A DNA stretch of 64,000 nt from Opitutales bacterium (GTDB lineage Bacteria > Verrucomicrobiota > Verrucomicrobiia > Opitutales > UBA953). A model generated the notes under the pieces. The model searched no databases. It saw only the letters and a program-made list of their open reading frames with translations, and was not told the DNA's origin. The DNA is taken from positions 4,144-68,143 of the forward strand of contig JBBAUZ010000001.1 of NCBI GenBank assembly GCA_040397965.1, written 5' to 3'. A program made the translations under genes and the position numbers. Shown here one piece after another: positions 19,484 through 29,720 of the stretch. Position 1 is the first letter of the stretch, and every line of letters begins with the position of its first letter.

Positions 19484-20712
19484 TTTTGGAAACGAATGCG
19501 TGGATCCACCGCGGCGAGGCAGAGGTCGGAAAGAATATTTCCAATCAGGAGGACGAGGCTCGAGAGGGTGAGTAGTCCGAGAAAGACGGGGAAGTCGCGA
19601 TGGACGAGAGCGTCGTAACTGAGTAGTCCGATACCATCGATATCGAACGTGTATTCAATGAGGAATGAGCCCGTGAGAAAGAAGCCTAAGTTTTGTCCGA
19701 ATGAAGCTGCCAGGGGGATGATCGAGTTTCTTAGAGCGTGAACGTATAATGCGCGTCGAGAGCTGACGCCTTTAGCTTTAGCCGTGCGCATATAATCCGC
19801 CGTCAGATTATCGAGCAGACTATTTTTCATGAACATCGTCATGGCGGCAAAAGCTCCGGCGCTTTGACAGGCGAGGGGAAGAATCGTCGATTTAATGGGC
19901 TCGTTCCAATTAAATCCGGAGTGCGGTAATAGGGAAAAATGGAAGCAGAATAAGTACAAGCCACTCAGTGCCAGGACAAATCCTGGGATGGCGAAACCAA
20001 AAAATATTAAAACAGAAGAAGCGCTGTCGAAGAGCGAACCATGGCGAAGCGCTTTGCTGATACCGAGAGGGACGGCGACAAAGTAGGCGATGAGCATTCC
20101 CCAAAAACCGAACCACATCGAGAGTGGAAGTTTTTGGAGTATTAGGTCGAGTGCCGGCTTATCGCTTACGGTGGAGTATCCGAAATTACCTTGGAGGATG
20201 CCGTTGAACTGGGACTGAAAGACAACCACGCGTAGGTTTTTATCCGTGTCATTGGGTAGAGGCGCCTCAGCGACCTTCCACTGACTTATATCTGCTGGTT
20301 TTTTCGTATTTAAGATTAATTCACCTTGAGGGTTTTTCTGAATGATTAATTTTTGCGTTGAGGGGGAGTTTGATGAAAGCACTTCAACTTCACCGTGGCC
20401 CTCTGGGGAAAGTCGGGTGGTGGCCCAGTTGTTTTGGCCTCGTATGATACCGAGCCAGACTCCGTAGGCTTCGAGAACTGGGCGATCGAAACCATATTGT
20501 CTTTTTAAGTTATCCAGTTCCTCGGGTGAGGCTGGGCCGCTGGCGGATAGGCCAACTCTGACCGTCATTTTCTGTTGGGCTTGAATTTTCTCGGCCATCG
20601 CACGTTCGATCGGTCCACCTGGCACCAGTCGCGTCATGAGAAAAGCAACTAAAGTAATCCCCAGAAAAGTTAAGGGAATCAAGAGTAGCCGCCTGAGGAC
20701 GTAGTCGCGCAT
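19480..20712 (-). CDS. Peptide ABC transporter permease (YejB/OppB-like)
   Basis: 410 aa. N-terminus MRDYVLRRLLLIPLTFLGITLV and EAA-type loop YMRTAKAKGVSSRRALYVHALRN. ATGA overlap with the next permease gene. Confidence 0.85.
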   Translation of the reverse strand: MRDYVLRRLLLIPLTFLGITLVAFLMTRLVPGGPIERAMAEKIQAQQKMTVRVGLSASGPASPEELDNLKRQYGFDRPVLEAYGVWLGIIRGQNNWATTRLSPEGHGEVEVLSSNSPSTQKLIIQKNPQGELILNTKKPADISQWKVAEAPLPNDTDKNLRVVVFQSQFNGILQGNFGYSTVSDKPALDLILQKLPLSMWFGFWGMLIAYFVAVPLGISKALRHGSLFDSASSVLIFFGFAIPGFVLALSGLYLFCFHFSLLPHSGFNWNEPIKSTILPLACQSAGAFAAMTMFMKNSLLDNLTADYMRTAKAKGVSSRRALYVHALRNSIIPLAASFGQNLGFFLTGSFLIEYTFDIDGIGLLSYDALVHRDFPVFLGLLTLSSLVLLIGNILSDLCLAAVDPRIRFQK

Positions 20713-20804
20713 GCGAGACGATTAAAGCCAACGTTTAACAGGGAGGGGTCAATCTCGAAAGGACTCGGCTTGCACCATAACTGAACATCTCTTATCAGTT
20801 TGGG

Positions 20805-23123
20805 GTGTCTGGATTATTGTTTACCATTACATTTTTGCTAGGATTGCTCACGTTGGCGTTGGGCCTCTTCGTTTTATTTGTAATTCTTTCGTTTTGGCGT
20901 GGTAGAAATAAACACCCGACGATGTGGTGGGTTTATTTTTTCCTACAAACGGCAATGCTGATTATCGTCCGTTTACTTTATCGAGTCCGTAGTGTGGGAA
21001 TAGAAAACATGCCCAAGGAGGGCGGGGTACTTTTAGTGTGTAATCACGTTTCGTATGTGGATGTTGTTCTATTGGGAGTCATTTCGCCACGGCCGATAAA
21101 GTTTTTATCTTACGAGGGCTTTGAGCGTTCGTGGATGACGAGATTAATCATGCGCACCATGCGCACTATCCCAGTGGCTGAAGCCAAAGCGAAGGATGCG
21201 ATTCATAAAGCTTCCGATGCCTTGAAAGCTGGAGAGGTGGTTTGTATTTTTCCCGAAGGTCACGTCACGCGCAATGGAGGCATCTTGCCGTTAAGTCGCG
21301 GTTTTGAACTGATTGCACGACGGGCGAGTTGTCCGATTCTGCCTGTGGCGATTGATGGCTTATGGGGATCTATTTTTAGTTTTCGAGGCGGAAAGTTTTT
21401 TTGGAAGATGCCCAAACATTTTCGTCGTCCGGTGGCGGTGGTATGGGGTCAGCCCTTTGCGGCGAGTGACCATGAAACTTCCCGACTCAAGTTGTTGGAG
21501 TTAGCATCGACGGCGTTCGCTTTGAGGCCATCTTTACAGGGTCATTTAGCGCATGATGTGGTTCGTGGTTTGATGGTTAAAGGTCATAGTGTGGCGTTGA
21601 TTGATCGCACGGAAAAGCGGAGACCATTTTCTGGATATTTGATTCTTCTACTTTCTTGGTTTTTTGCCCAAGCGCTTAAAAAATCCACGAGCAAGAGCAG
21701 GGTGGCGATTGTACTTCCACCGGGAATCGGTGCCACGATTGCCAATGTCGCGTGTGTGTTAGCAGATAAGGTGCCAGTGAATATTAATTTTACGTTAGGG
21801 CGAAATCAGGTTCTCCATTGCTTGAAGCAAGCTGATGTGGACTGCATGATTTCGGCGAAAGTTTTTAGAGAGAAACTCCACGAGAAGTTCCCAGAATTTC
21901 CGTGGTCGGATCATTTCATCGATATTAGCGACAGCTTACAAAAAATTAAGAAATGGAAAATCTTGGGTCTGCTAGGACTGTTACCGTTTTTACCCATCAG
22001 TTTAGCGAGTAAGTTGTTGAGGATTCCACGCTGCGGCGGCGATGCGGAAGCCGCGTTGCTCTTTACCAGTGGAAGTTCGGGTGATCCTAAGGGTGTTGTT
22101 TTAAGTCATCGAAATATTCTCGCGAACTTAAGACAGATTGAGGATTCGGATATTCTTCCCGATCGCGCTATCCTTCTCTCGAGTTTGCCCGTGTTCCATA
22201 GTTTCGGTTTTACGGTGGGAATTTGGTATGCGCTATCACGTGAAACTACATTGGTAACAACTCCTTCGCCTTTGGATACTGCTGCCGGTATCAATGCTAT
22301 TAAAGAAGAAGGCGTTACCATTACGGTGGGCACGCCTACTTTTCTGCGTCCCTATTTGAGACGCGCGACGAAAGAAGATTTGCAGTCCTTGGAGTGGGTG
22401 GTGGCTGGGGCTGAAAAACTTCCTGATGATTTGGTTCAAGGTTTTGGTGATGAACTCGATACGCCCATGTTGGAGGGCTATGGTATTACGGAAGCCAGTC
22501 CGGTGATTTCGGTGAATGTGCCGAATCAAACGGATGATGCTGCGCCAGGCGGGGTTTGGCAGGGTCATCAAATCGGTTCGGTCGGTCGACCGCTTATCGG
22601 CATCGCCGTTCGCTTTCGTGATGTGGAGACTCATGAAATCTTAGATCCAGGCGTGACTGGTTTGCTCGAAGTGCGTGGAGCGAATATTTTTAGTCAGTAT
22701 TTGAGTGATCCGCACCGGACGCGTGAAGCGTTGGTCGATGGCTGGTATCGCACGGGTGATCTCGCGCGGATGGATGAAAAAGGATTTTTATATTTAGCGG
22801 GTCGCCTCTCGCGCTTTTCAAAAATTGGAGGCGAGATGGTTCCGCATGGTACTGTGGAGCAGGCTATCTTGAAGGTTTTGAATCTCGAAGGTTCCGCCGA
22901 AATCGTTTTAGCGGTCAGTTCGCAGGTCGACCCACTGAAGGGTGAGCAATTGGTGGTCTTGCACACACAGGACTTAGATTCTGATGCGGTCAGGCAGGGA
23001 TTATTGTCCGCCGGTCTGCCTAACCTCTGGATACCTAAATTGTTTAAAAAAGTACCTAAGGTGCCGATTTTGGGCACGGGTAAGCTCGATTTAAATACAT
23101 TGAAGCAGTTGGCGGGGGGTTGA
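20805..23123 (+). CDS. aas: Bifunctional 2-acylglycerophosphoethanolamine acyltransferase / acyl-ACP synthetase (Aas-like fusion)
   Basis: 772 aa with a GTG start. N-terminal TM segments, PlsC-type motifs CNHVSYVD (HX4D) and IFPEGHVTRNG, then an AMP-binding domain (LLFTSGSSGDPKGVVLSHRNI, GWYRTGDLARMDEKGFLYLAGR, GTGKLD). Collinear with E. coli Aas as I remember it. Confidence 0.8.
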   Translation: MSGLLFTITFLLGLLTLALGLFVLFVILSFWRGRNKHPTMWWVYFFLQTAMLIIVRLLYRVRSVGIENMPKEGGVLLVCNHVSYVDVVLLGVISPRPIKFLSYEGFERSWMTRLIMRTMRTIPVAEAKAKDAIHKASDALKAGEVVCIFPEGHVTRNGGILPLSRGFELIARRASCPILPVAIDGLWGSIFSFRGGKFFWKMPKHFRRPVAVVWGQPFAASDHETSRLKLLELASTAFALRPSLQGHLAHDVVRGLMVKGHSVALIDRTEKRRPFSGYLILLLSWFFAQALKKSTSKSRVAIVLPPGIGATIANVACVLADKVPVNINFTLGRNQVLHCLKQADVDCMISAKVFREKLHEKFPEFPWSDHFIDISDSLQKIKKWKILGLLGLLPFLPISLASKLLRIPRCGGDAEAALLFTSGSSGDPKGVVLSHRNILANLRQIEDSDILPDRAILLSSLPVFHSFGFTVGIWYALSRETTLVTTPSPLDTAAGINAIKEEGVTITVGTPTFLRPYLRRATKEDLQSLEWVVAGAEKLPDDLVQGFGDELDTPMLEGYGITEASPVISVNVPNQTDDAAPGGVWQGHQIGSVGRPLIGIAVRFRDVETHEILDPGVTGLLEVRGANIFSQYLSDPHRTREALVDGWYRTGDLARMDEKGFLYLAGRLSRFSKIGGEMVPHGTVEQAILKVLNLEGSAEIVLAVSSQVDPLKGEQLVVLHTQDLDSDAVRQGLLSAGLPNLWIPKLFKKVPKVPILGTGKLDLNTLKQLAGG

Positions 23124-23173
23124 GGTGGTTTTGGCTCGCTTGTGGCTAGTGCCTCTATGTTTTAATTATAAAT

Positions 23174-25723
23174 ATGCCTTCGAAAAAGAAATCCTCTTTG
23201 AAGTCCCACAAACCAAAGTCGCGACCAGCGAAAAAAATACCTGCGAAGAAGTCGTCAGGGGTTGTGGCGAAGTCAGACGCTTCATCCGCCAGCGAAGTAG
23301 CAATATTTCGTGATGCGATTTTAAAACATTTAAAAAGTACTTTTGCACGCGATCCCATCACTGCGACAAAAAATGATTGGTGGCTCGCTACTTCGATGGC
23401 GGCACGCGACTTAGTGTTAGAGCGCTACATCGCTACCCAGGCGGACCACTCTACCAAAAACGTCCGTCGGGTATATTATTTATCTTTGGAATATTTGATG
23501 GGACGGGTGCTGACGAATAATTTAGTTAATCTGGGCATGCGTCAGGTCGCGACGGTTGCGTTAAAAGAATTAGGTCAGGACTTAGAAGTCATCGCGGATG
23601 ACGAATCAGATATGGGTCTGGGTAATGGAGGACTGGGTCGCTTAGCGGCCTGTTTCCTGGATTCATTGGCCACGATGGATATCCCGGCGGTCGGCTACGG
23701 TATTCACTATGAGTTTGGTTTGTTCCGTCAGACCTTTGTCAACGGTCGTCAGGTCGAAGTCGCCGATGCTTGGCTTTCCAATAACAACCCTTGGTTAATT
23801 CGTCGTCCCAATTTCAACGTCCGCGTTCCGCTGTATGGTCGGGTCATCAAGAAGATTGATAATTGTGGAAATCATTTATCGGAGTTGGTGGACACGAAAG
23901 ATTTACTCGGAGTACCGTGGGATATTCCTATCGCCGGTTTTAATGCATCGAGCGTAAACTTCCTCAGATTATGGGAGTCGCGGGCGACGACCGAGTTCGA
24001 TTTCCGGGCTTTCGATCGTGGCGGCTATGTGGAAGCTGTGCGCGAACGCGATGTGAGTGAAACCATTTCAAAAGTACTTTATCCGAATGACAGCACAGAA
24101 AGCGGAAAAGAACTTCGACTGGTCCAACAAATCTTTTTCGTGTCCTGCTCCTTGCAGGATATCTTACGTCGCCACCTTCGCCTGAATAAGGATTTAGAAA
24201 ATCTCTCGGAGAAGATTGCGGTACAATTAAATGACACCCACCCGTCAATTTCGGTCGCAGAATTGATGCGTTTATTGGTGGATGAGCATCGTCTCGGTTG
24301 GGATCATGCGTGGAATCTTTGCACGAAGATCTTTAGCTACACCAACCACACACTCTTACCCGAAGCTCTGGAAACTTGGTCGGTACCCCTTTTTGAAAAA
24401 GTTCTGCCTCGTCATCTAGAAATCATTTATGAAATCAACCGCCGACATTTAGAAGAGGTGGATCGTCACTGGCCTGGTGATGATGAAAAGAAGGCGGAAC
24501 TTTCTATCATACAAGAGGGTGGAGTGAAACGCGTTCGTATGGCACACCTCGCCGTGGTGGGATCGCACCATGTTAACGGTGTTGCGGAATTGCACACTCG
24601 TTTGCTCCGCGAACATCTCTTTGCGAGTTTTGATCAACTCTGGCCAAAGAAGTTTGTGAATGTGACGAATGGAGTGACCCCACGTCGCTGGGTCCGTGGC
24701 TGTAATCCAGCGCTCGCCAGCTTATGCGATAAGATTACAGGTAAAGGTTGGGAGAAAAATTTATCACAACTTAAGAAGTTTGATTCTCTGGCTGACCGTC
24801 CAGATTTCCAAGCTGAGTTCATGGGCATCAAGCACGCGAACAAAGTTAAGTTGGCTGCTAAAATCAAAGAATTGGTTGGGGTCGAAGTCTCACCCGATGC
24901 TTTGTTCGACGTACAAATCAAGCGTCTACACGAATACAAACGCCAACACTTAAACTTACTGCACATCCTTTATTTATATCGAAAGATTTTAAATAATCCG
25001 AGTATCAAAATCCAGCCGCGCGTTTGTATTTTCGGTGCGAAGGCGGCCCCTGGTTATGCCTTAGCTAAGCACATCATTCATGCGATCAACCGTGTAGCGA
25101 TGGTGATTAATAACGACTCACGTGTGCGTGGGATGTTGAAGGTCGTATTCTTACCTGACTATCGAGTCTCTTTAGCCGAAAAAATTATTCCAGCGGCTGA
25201 TTTATCTGAACAGATTTCTACAGCTGGAAAAGAAGCCTCGGGTACGGGTAACATGAAGTTAGCGCTCAATGGTGCGGTGACGATTGGTACTTTGGACGGG
25301 GCGAATGTTGAGATTCATGAAGAAGTCGGTGATGATAACATTTTCATTTTCGGACTAGAAGTTGAAGACGTCGCCGAGTTGCACAAACAAGGTTACTCAC
25401 CGCAAGATGTACTCAAACACGATACCGAGTTAGCGGCATTACTCGATTGGCTTCGTTCCGATACCTTTACGCCTGAACAACCCGGTGCGTTGTCACCTGT
25501 GGCAGATTCGCTCGTTGAAGGTGGCGATCCTTATCTCGTCTTGGCTGACTTTAGAAGTTACATTGAAGCACAGGAGAAGGTAGAAGTAGCTTTCGCTGAT
25601 CGACGTCGCTGGGCTGCGATGGCTATCCGCAATGTTGCTCGATGTGCAAAATTCTCCTCCGATCGCTCGATTAGCGACTACGCCAATGGGATTTGGAAGG
25701 TAAAATCACTGCAAATTCCCTGA
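23174..25723 (+). CDS. glgP: Glycogen/alpha-glucan phosphorylase (GT35)
   Basis: 849 aa with the PLP-site motif [15 protein letters not shown]. Has a Lys-rich N-terminal extension of about 40 aa. Confidence 0.93.
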   Translation: MPSKKKSSLKSHKPKSRPAKKIPAKKSSGVVAKSDASSASEVAIFRDAILKHLKSTFARDPITATKNDWWLATSMAARDLVLERYIATQADHSTKNVRRVYYLSLEYLMGRVLTNNLVNLGMRQVATVALKELGQDLEVIADDESDMGLGNGGLGRLAACFLDSLATMDIPAVGYGIHYEFGLFRQTFVNGRQVEVADAWLSNNNPWLIRRPNFNVRVPLYGRVIKKIDNCGNHLSELVDTKDLLGVPWDIPIAGFNASSVNFLRLWESRATTEFDFRAFDRGGYVEAVRERDVSETISKVLYPNDSTESGKELRLVQQIFFVSCSLQDILRRHLRLNKDLENLSEKIAVQLNDTHPSISVAELMRLLVDEHRLGWDHAWNLCTKIFSYTNHTLLPEALETWSVPLFEKVLPRHLEIIYEINRRHLEEVDRHWPGDDEKKAELSIIQEGGVKRVRMAHLAVVGSHHVNGVAELHTRLLREHLFASFDQLWPKKFVNVTNGVTPRRWVRGCNPALASLCDKITGKGWEKNLSQLKKFDSLADRPDFQAEFMGIKHANKVKLAAKIKELVGVEVSPDALFDVQIKRLHEYKRQHLNLLHILYLYRKILNNPSIKIQPRVCIFGAKAAPGYALAKHIIHAINRVAMVINNDSRVRGMLKVVFLPDYRVSLAEKIIPAADLSEQISTAGKEASGTGNMKLALNGAVTIGTLDGANVEIHEEVGDDNIFIFGLEVEDVAELHKQGYSPQDVLKHDTELAALLDWLRSDTFTPEQPGALSPVADSLVEGGDPYLVLADFRSYIEAQEKVEVAFADRRRWAAMAIRNVARCAKFSSDRSISDYANGIWKVKSLQIP

Positions 25724-25774
25724 ACTATAAGTCTGGATTGAGATTTTCTAATAAGGAGTCACCTTACTCCTCAA

Positions 25775-26638
25775 GTGGTTAAATTCCCACCAGTTCTCTT
25801 GATTCTCTGTTTAAGCTGTGGCGTTGCACTATTCGCCCAGACTAAGCCAGCGAATCCACGTCTGGCCGGTTTTACCGCGACATCGGAAGGTGGGGTCGAG
25901 GGCACGCAGACGATTAAATATGATGAAAATGGAAAAATAATCGAAGCGAATGTCGTTGGACAGATTCCGATTTCTCGACCAGCAGTGCCGACAACTACTC
26001 CCGTGGTTGTAAATACCGAGAGCCCTAAACCCATTGCACAAAGTCCTTCGGTTTCTACTGGAATGACCACAAGTGATGGGCGAAAGGTACCCTTCGGGCT
26101 TTCCGGTAATGGTGGAACTAAACAAGTAGATTCATCGGTAGATTTTAACTCCGCACTGAAAAACGCCAGTAAGATGTCGAACGTTACCGATAAGAAATTT
26201 GATACCAACAAAGCTGAGCTCAATACTAATACGCCTTACTCGCGGGAAAATATTATTACCTTCGATTCCTGGCATGGTAAGTATGATGTGTATGGACGGA
26301 AGAAAGCTGAAGTTGAAGTCGCCGATACTTTTGAGCGTGGTGAATTGAAGGGAAAAAATCTCATCGAGGTAAAATCAATCGAACAGCAGCCTGCGGAGTG
26401 GTCGGGCAAGGTGGCTAGTGTGCAAGGTATCGACAATCGATTAACCACTGAAAAAAATAGTCGCTATGATGTGGTGCCCTCGAGTCCGTCGGACCGTGTG
26501 ATTTCTAAAACCGTCGATCAGTTATCCATGCAAGATATCAATCGCTATCAATTCCGTCGTAATCGTTCCGATGCCCCTGGATTGCCAGTGGTCAAGCCGG
26601 GGTCGGATGAGGTTAAAAACATGGATGGAAAGCCTTAA
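25775..26638 (+). CDS. Hypothetical secreted protein
   Basis: 287 aa with a GTG start and signal peptide MVKFPPVLLILCLSCGVALFAQ. Thr/Pro-rich linker. No recognisable domain. Confidence 0.5.
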   Translation: MVKFPPVLLILCLSCGVALFAQTKPANPRLAGFTATSEGGVEGTQTIKYDENGKIIEANVVGQIPISRPAVPTTTPVVVNTESPKPIAQSPSVSTGMTTSDGRKVPFGLSGNGGTKQVDSSVDFNSALKNASKMSNVTDKKFDTNKAELNTNTPYSRENIITFDSWHGKYDVYGRKKAEVEVADTFERGELKGKNLIEVKSIEQQPAEWSGKVASVQGIDNRLTTEKNSRYDVVPSSPSDRVISKTVDQLSMQDINRYQFRRNRSDAPGLPVVKPGSDEVKNMDGKP

Positions 26639-26695
26639 TGGGGGTTTTTGATTGGCAGAGTGAGTCTTAAAGCCTAACAAATCCGTTTGTCTAAC

Positions 26696-27898
26696 ATGAG
26701 TGAAGCACCTGCACGTTCCAGCAACAACACAGTCACCGATCTTGAGGTGAAGGACGCGCACATTATTTTCGAATCAGTTTGGACAAGTCTCGAGCGGGAA
26801 TTTGGCCGAGAGAAATTACATTTTCCTAGAGAGATTTTCTGGCTCAATGGTGCCCCGGGTGCGGGTAAGGGTACGAACACCGACTTTATTCAGCAGTATC
26901 GTGGCTACGCCGCAGCGCCTATTGTGATTAGCGATTTACTTTCGAGCGCTGAAGCTCGGAAGCGTATTGATGCAGGGATGCTCGCCGGTGACCGCGAAGT
27001 GGTTGAATTACTTTTTCGGAAGTTATTAGAGCCCGAATTCAGAAATGGTGCGATTGTGGACGGGTTTCCTCGTTCGATGGTGCAAGTGGAATGTCTCAAG
27101 CATCTCTTTGCTCGCTTGAATGAGTTACGTCAGGAATTCCGCAGCACCCCGAATGCGATTAAATTCCCCAAGCCACACTATCACATTTTAGTTCTTTTCA
27201 TCGACGAGAATGAGTCGGTACGTCGTCAACTCATGCGTGGTGAGCAGACTTTAGCTTTTAATAAGAAAGCTGAAGCCGAAGGCTTACCGTTAGCAGAAGT
27301 ACGCAAGACGGATTTGACTGCGGAAGCGGCTCGCAATCGTTACCGCATATTTAAAGAGCGGACCTATGAGCCTCTGCAGTCATTGCGCGATATTTTCCAC
27401 TATCACTTCATTAACGCCCAAGGTTCGATCCCTGAAGTGCAGGCACGAATCATTAAGGAATTGCAGTACCAGAGTTCACTCGAGCTTTCGATTGAGACTT
27501 ACGATATTATTTCAAGCATCCCTCTTTCGAATCAGATCAGTCAACATGCCCGTCAGGACTTAGTCTTACGTCTGGACGATTATGCTGAACGTCACAAAAA
27601 GCTTTTCCGTGAGGTCGTAGATTTAATTCAACAAAAGTTCCTCCCCATTATTCACGCGCACGCGATTTCGGGTCAGGCCCACATCAACAGTGAAGCTGCA
27701 CTTTTTGAAGACCCCTTAGCGTTGGCGATGTTTATCGATATTTTCTCGGAGCGCGGCTTCCATGCGGTCGTGGACCTTCACCGCATCGAGATCCCTGAAT
27801 CTTTTGATACGAAGACTGGTCAGATTCAAACTCGCGTGAAGAAAGTCTGGCGTGTTTCGATTCGTTTCATCGGTTCAGAAATCCGACGCGGCCGTTAA
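26696..27898 (+). CDS. Adenylate-kinase-like P-loop NMP kinase domain fused to an uncharacterised C-terminal domain of about 140 aa
   Basis: P-loop NGAPGAGKGT, the IVDGFPRS motif, and an RKTDL...RNRYRIFKERTYEPL segment, all collinear with Adk. Start placed at the ATG at 26696 (the track uses TTG at 26687). The C-terminal third has no motif I recognise. Confidence 0.6.
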   Translation: MSEAPARSSNNTVTDLEVKDAHIIFESVWTSLEREFGREKLHFPREIFWLNGAPGAGKGTNTDFIQQYRGYAAAPIVISDLLSSAEARKRIDAGMLAGDREVVELLFRKLLEPEFRNGAIVDGFPRSMVQVECLKHLFARLNELRQEFRSTPNAIKFPKPHYHILVLFIDENESVRRQLMRGEQTLAFNKKAEAEGLPLAEVRKTDLTAEAARNRYRIFKERTYEPLQSLRDIFHYHFINAQGSIPEVQARIIKELQYQSSLELSIETYDIISSIPLSNQISQHARQDLVLRLDDYAERHKKLFREVVDLIQQKFLPIIHAHAISGQAHINSEAALFEDPLALAMFIDIFSERGFHAVVDLHRIEIPESFDTKTGQIQTRVKKVWRVSIRFIGSEIRRGR

Positions 27899-27905
27899 GC
27901 TTAAA

Positions 27906-27938
27906 CAAAAAAGGCGACTCGAATGAGTCGCCTTTTTT
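27906..27938. terminator. Bidirectional rho-independent terminator between convergent genes
   Basis: Perfect 8-bp stem GGCGACTC (27913-27920) / GAGTCGCC (27925-27932) with loop GAAT. Flanked by an A-run (27907-27912) and a T-run (27933-27938). Confidence 0.9.
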
Positions 27939-27956
27939 ATAAGTTAATTACTAAAA

Positions 27957-28688
27957 TTAACCAATGGCTTTAACGTAGAGTTCGTTGGCCTTTTTCCAGT
28001 CGATGACCTTCCAGAAAGCATCGATGTAATCAGGACGACGGTTTTGATATTTTAAATAGTAAGCATGCTCCCAAACATCGAGCGCCAGAACGGGTTGACC
28101 GTTCACGTCAGCCACGCCTTTCATGAGCGGGCTGTCTTGATTAGGGGTTGAAGTCACCGCGATGGATTTATCGGCTTTAACAATGAGCCAAGCCCAGCCC
28201 GAACCGAAGCGACCGGTTGCGGCAGCTTTGAATTGGGCTTTGAGACCCTTTTCTCCTTCGAGACCACCGAAAGCTTTTTGAATCGCTTCACCGAGGGCAC
28301 CGACGGGTTCGCCGCCGCCGTTGGGTGAAAGTAAATTCCAGAACAAGGCGTGGTTAGCATGGCCACCAGCATTGTTACGCACGGCCGTGCGAATGGATTC
28401 AGGAACTTTGGAAAGATCTGCGATGAGGGCATTCACATCGGTGCCGGCAGCGAAGCCAGGTTCCTTAGCGAGTGCTGCGTTCAGGTTAGTCACGTAAGCA
28501 TTGTGGTGTTTGCCGTGGTGGATTTCCATCGTGGCAACATCGATGTGTGGCTCGAGTGCGTTGGTAGGATAAGCGAGAGGAGGTAGGGTGTAGCTCATGG
28601 AGGTTTGGAAATTGGCGGCGAAAATTTTGAAAGTGCTTAAGGTGAGGGCGAGGGCGGATGATTTAAGGATGAAGTGTCGACGAAGCAT
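27957..28688 (-). CDS. Fe/Mn superoxide dismutase with a twin-arginine-like leader
   Basis: 243 aa with HHGKHH and [19 protein letters not shown] motifs. The N-terminal 30 aa, [24 protein letters not shown], resemble a Tat signal. The canonical SOD N-terminus [11 protein letters not shown] begins at internal Met31 (codon 28596-28598). Confidence 0.9.
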   Translation of the reverse strand: MLRRHFILKSSALALTLSTFKIFAANFQTSMSYTLPPLAYPTNALEPHIDVATMEIHHGKHHNAYVTNLNAALAKEPGFAAGTDVNALIADLSKVPESIRTAVRNNAGGHANHALFWNLLSPNGGGEPVGALGEAIQKAFGGLEGEKGLKAQFKAAATGRFGSGWAWLIVKADKSIAVTSTPNQDSPLMKGVADVNGQPVLALDVWEHAYYLKYQNRRPDYIDAFWKVIDWKKANELYVKAIG

Positions 28689-28716
28689 TTTGAACCAGTG
28701 GTTATTTGGACGAGGG

Positions 28717-29262
28717 TCAAGCCGAAGGGGTGAAATCTTTACCGCGCTTCAAATTAAAATAGGCCTGAAGGATTTCACGGCAAGGTTCTTCGAGGATACC
28801 ATTCGTAACCTCTACGCGGTGGTTTAGTTTGGGTAAGGTGTGAAGGGGGGTGGCTCCGCCTAAACAGCCCATCTTGGGGTCACCCCAGGCGAAGACCACG
28901 CGGCCGAGACGACTCATGATAGTGGCACCTGAGCACATCGGGCAGGGTTCTTTGGTGACGTAAAGGGTGCAATCGTTGAGTCGCCAGTCCCCGATTTTTT
29001 TGGCGGCTTGGGTGATGGCTAAAATTTCGGCGTGTGCGGTGGGATCGCCTGAGCGTTCGACTTCGTTGTGTGCCGCGGCAATAATTTCGCCTCCACGTTC
29101 GATGATGGCACCGATCGGTACTTCATCAATGCGCCACGCGTCTATGGCTAAATTGAATGCCAGTGACATGTAAAATTTATCGTCACGAATTAATTGCGAA
29201 GGATGAAGCTTATCGAATGGACAGCTTAAAGGCGGTCTATTGGAGCTGTTTTCACTTTCCAT
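28717..29262 (-). CDS. tadA: tRNA adenosine(34) deaminase
   Basis: 181 aa with the CDA-fold zinc motifs HAE and PCPMCSGA. Confidence 0.88.
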   Translation of the reverse strand: MESENSSNRPPLSCPFDKLHPSQLIRDDKFYMSLAFNLAIDAWRIDEVPIGAIIERGGEIIAAAHNEVERSGDPTAHAEILAITQAAKKIGDWRLNDCTLYVTKEPCPMCSGATIMSRLGRVVFAWGDPKMGCLGGATPLHTLPKLNHRVEVTNGILEEPCREILQAYFNLKRGKDFTPSA

Positions 29263-29367
29263 ACTGAAACAATCTAAACTTGAGGGTCGCTGGCAAGCGG
29301 GGATGACTTTCTTTTATACGAGGTGTTGACTTTGACCCTTTCCTTGCATGGATAGAGCTTACAAGGC

Positions 29368-29631
29368 ATGGCAGAAGAACCCGTTATCGAACTCGAAGGC
29401 AAAATCCTACAGGTGTTACCTGGAACCATGTTCCGCATTGAGTTACCCAACAAGCACGTGGTGTTGGGAAGAATTTCTGGCCGTCTCCGTAAAAACTTTA
29501 TCAGAATTAATCCTGGCGATCGTGTTAAAGTCGAAATGAGTCCATCTGACTTAACCCAAGCTCGTATTATTTTCCGTCTGCGTGATACGGCACCTCGGCC
29601 TCCGATGCCCGATCAAAAGCGCCGTTACTAA
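29368..29631 (+). CDS. infA: Translation initiation factor IF-1
   Basis: 87 aa. The S1-like core [64 protein letters not shown] is followed by a tail of about 12 aa, [12 protein letters not shown], which is absent from 72-aa E. coli IF-1. Confidence 0.93.
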   Translation: MAEEPVIELEGKILQVLPGTMFRIELPNKHVVLGRISGRLRKNFIRINPGDRVKVEMSPSDLTQARIIFRLRDTAPRPPMPDQKRRY

Positions 29632-29655
29632 GCGATTTTAGGGTTTAGTTTCCTA

Positions 29656-29687
29656 TATTTATGGTTGCCCATAAATAGGGCATTTTT
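29656..29687 (+). terminator. Possible AT-rich terminator hairpin after infA
   Basis: 9-bp stem TATTTATGG (29656-29664) / CCATAAATA (29669-29677) with loop TTGC, followed by GGGCATTTTTT. Confidence 0.4.
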
Positions 29688-29720
29688 TATATACATTAGT
29701 AATCAACTCAACATTACGTC

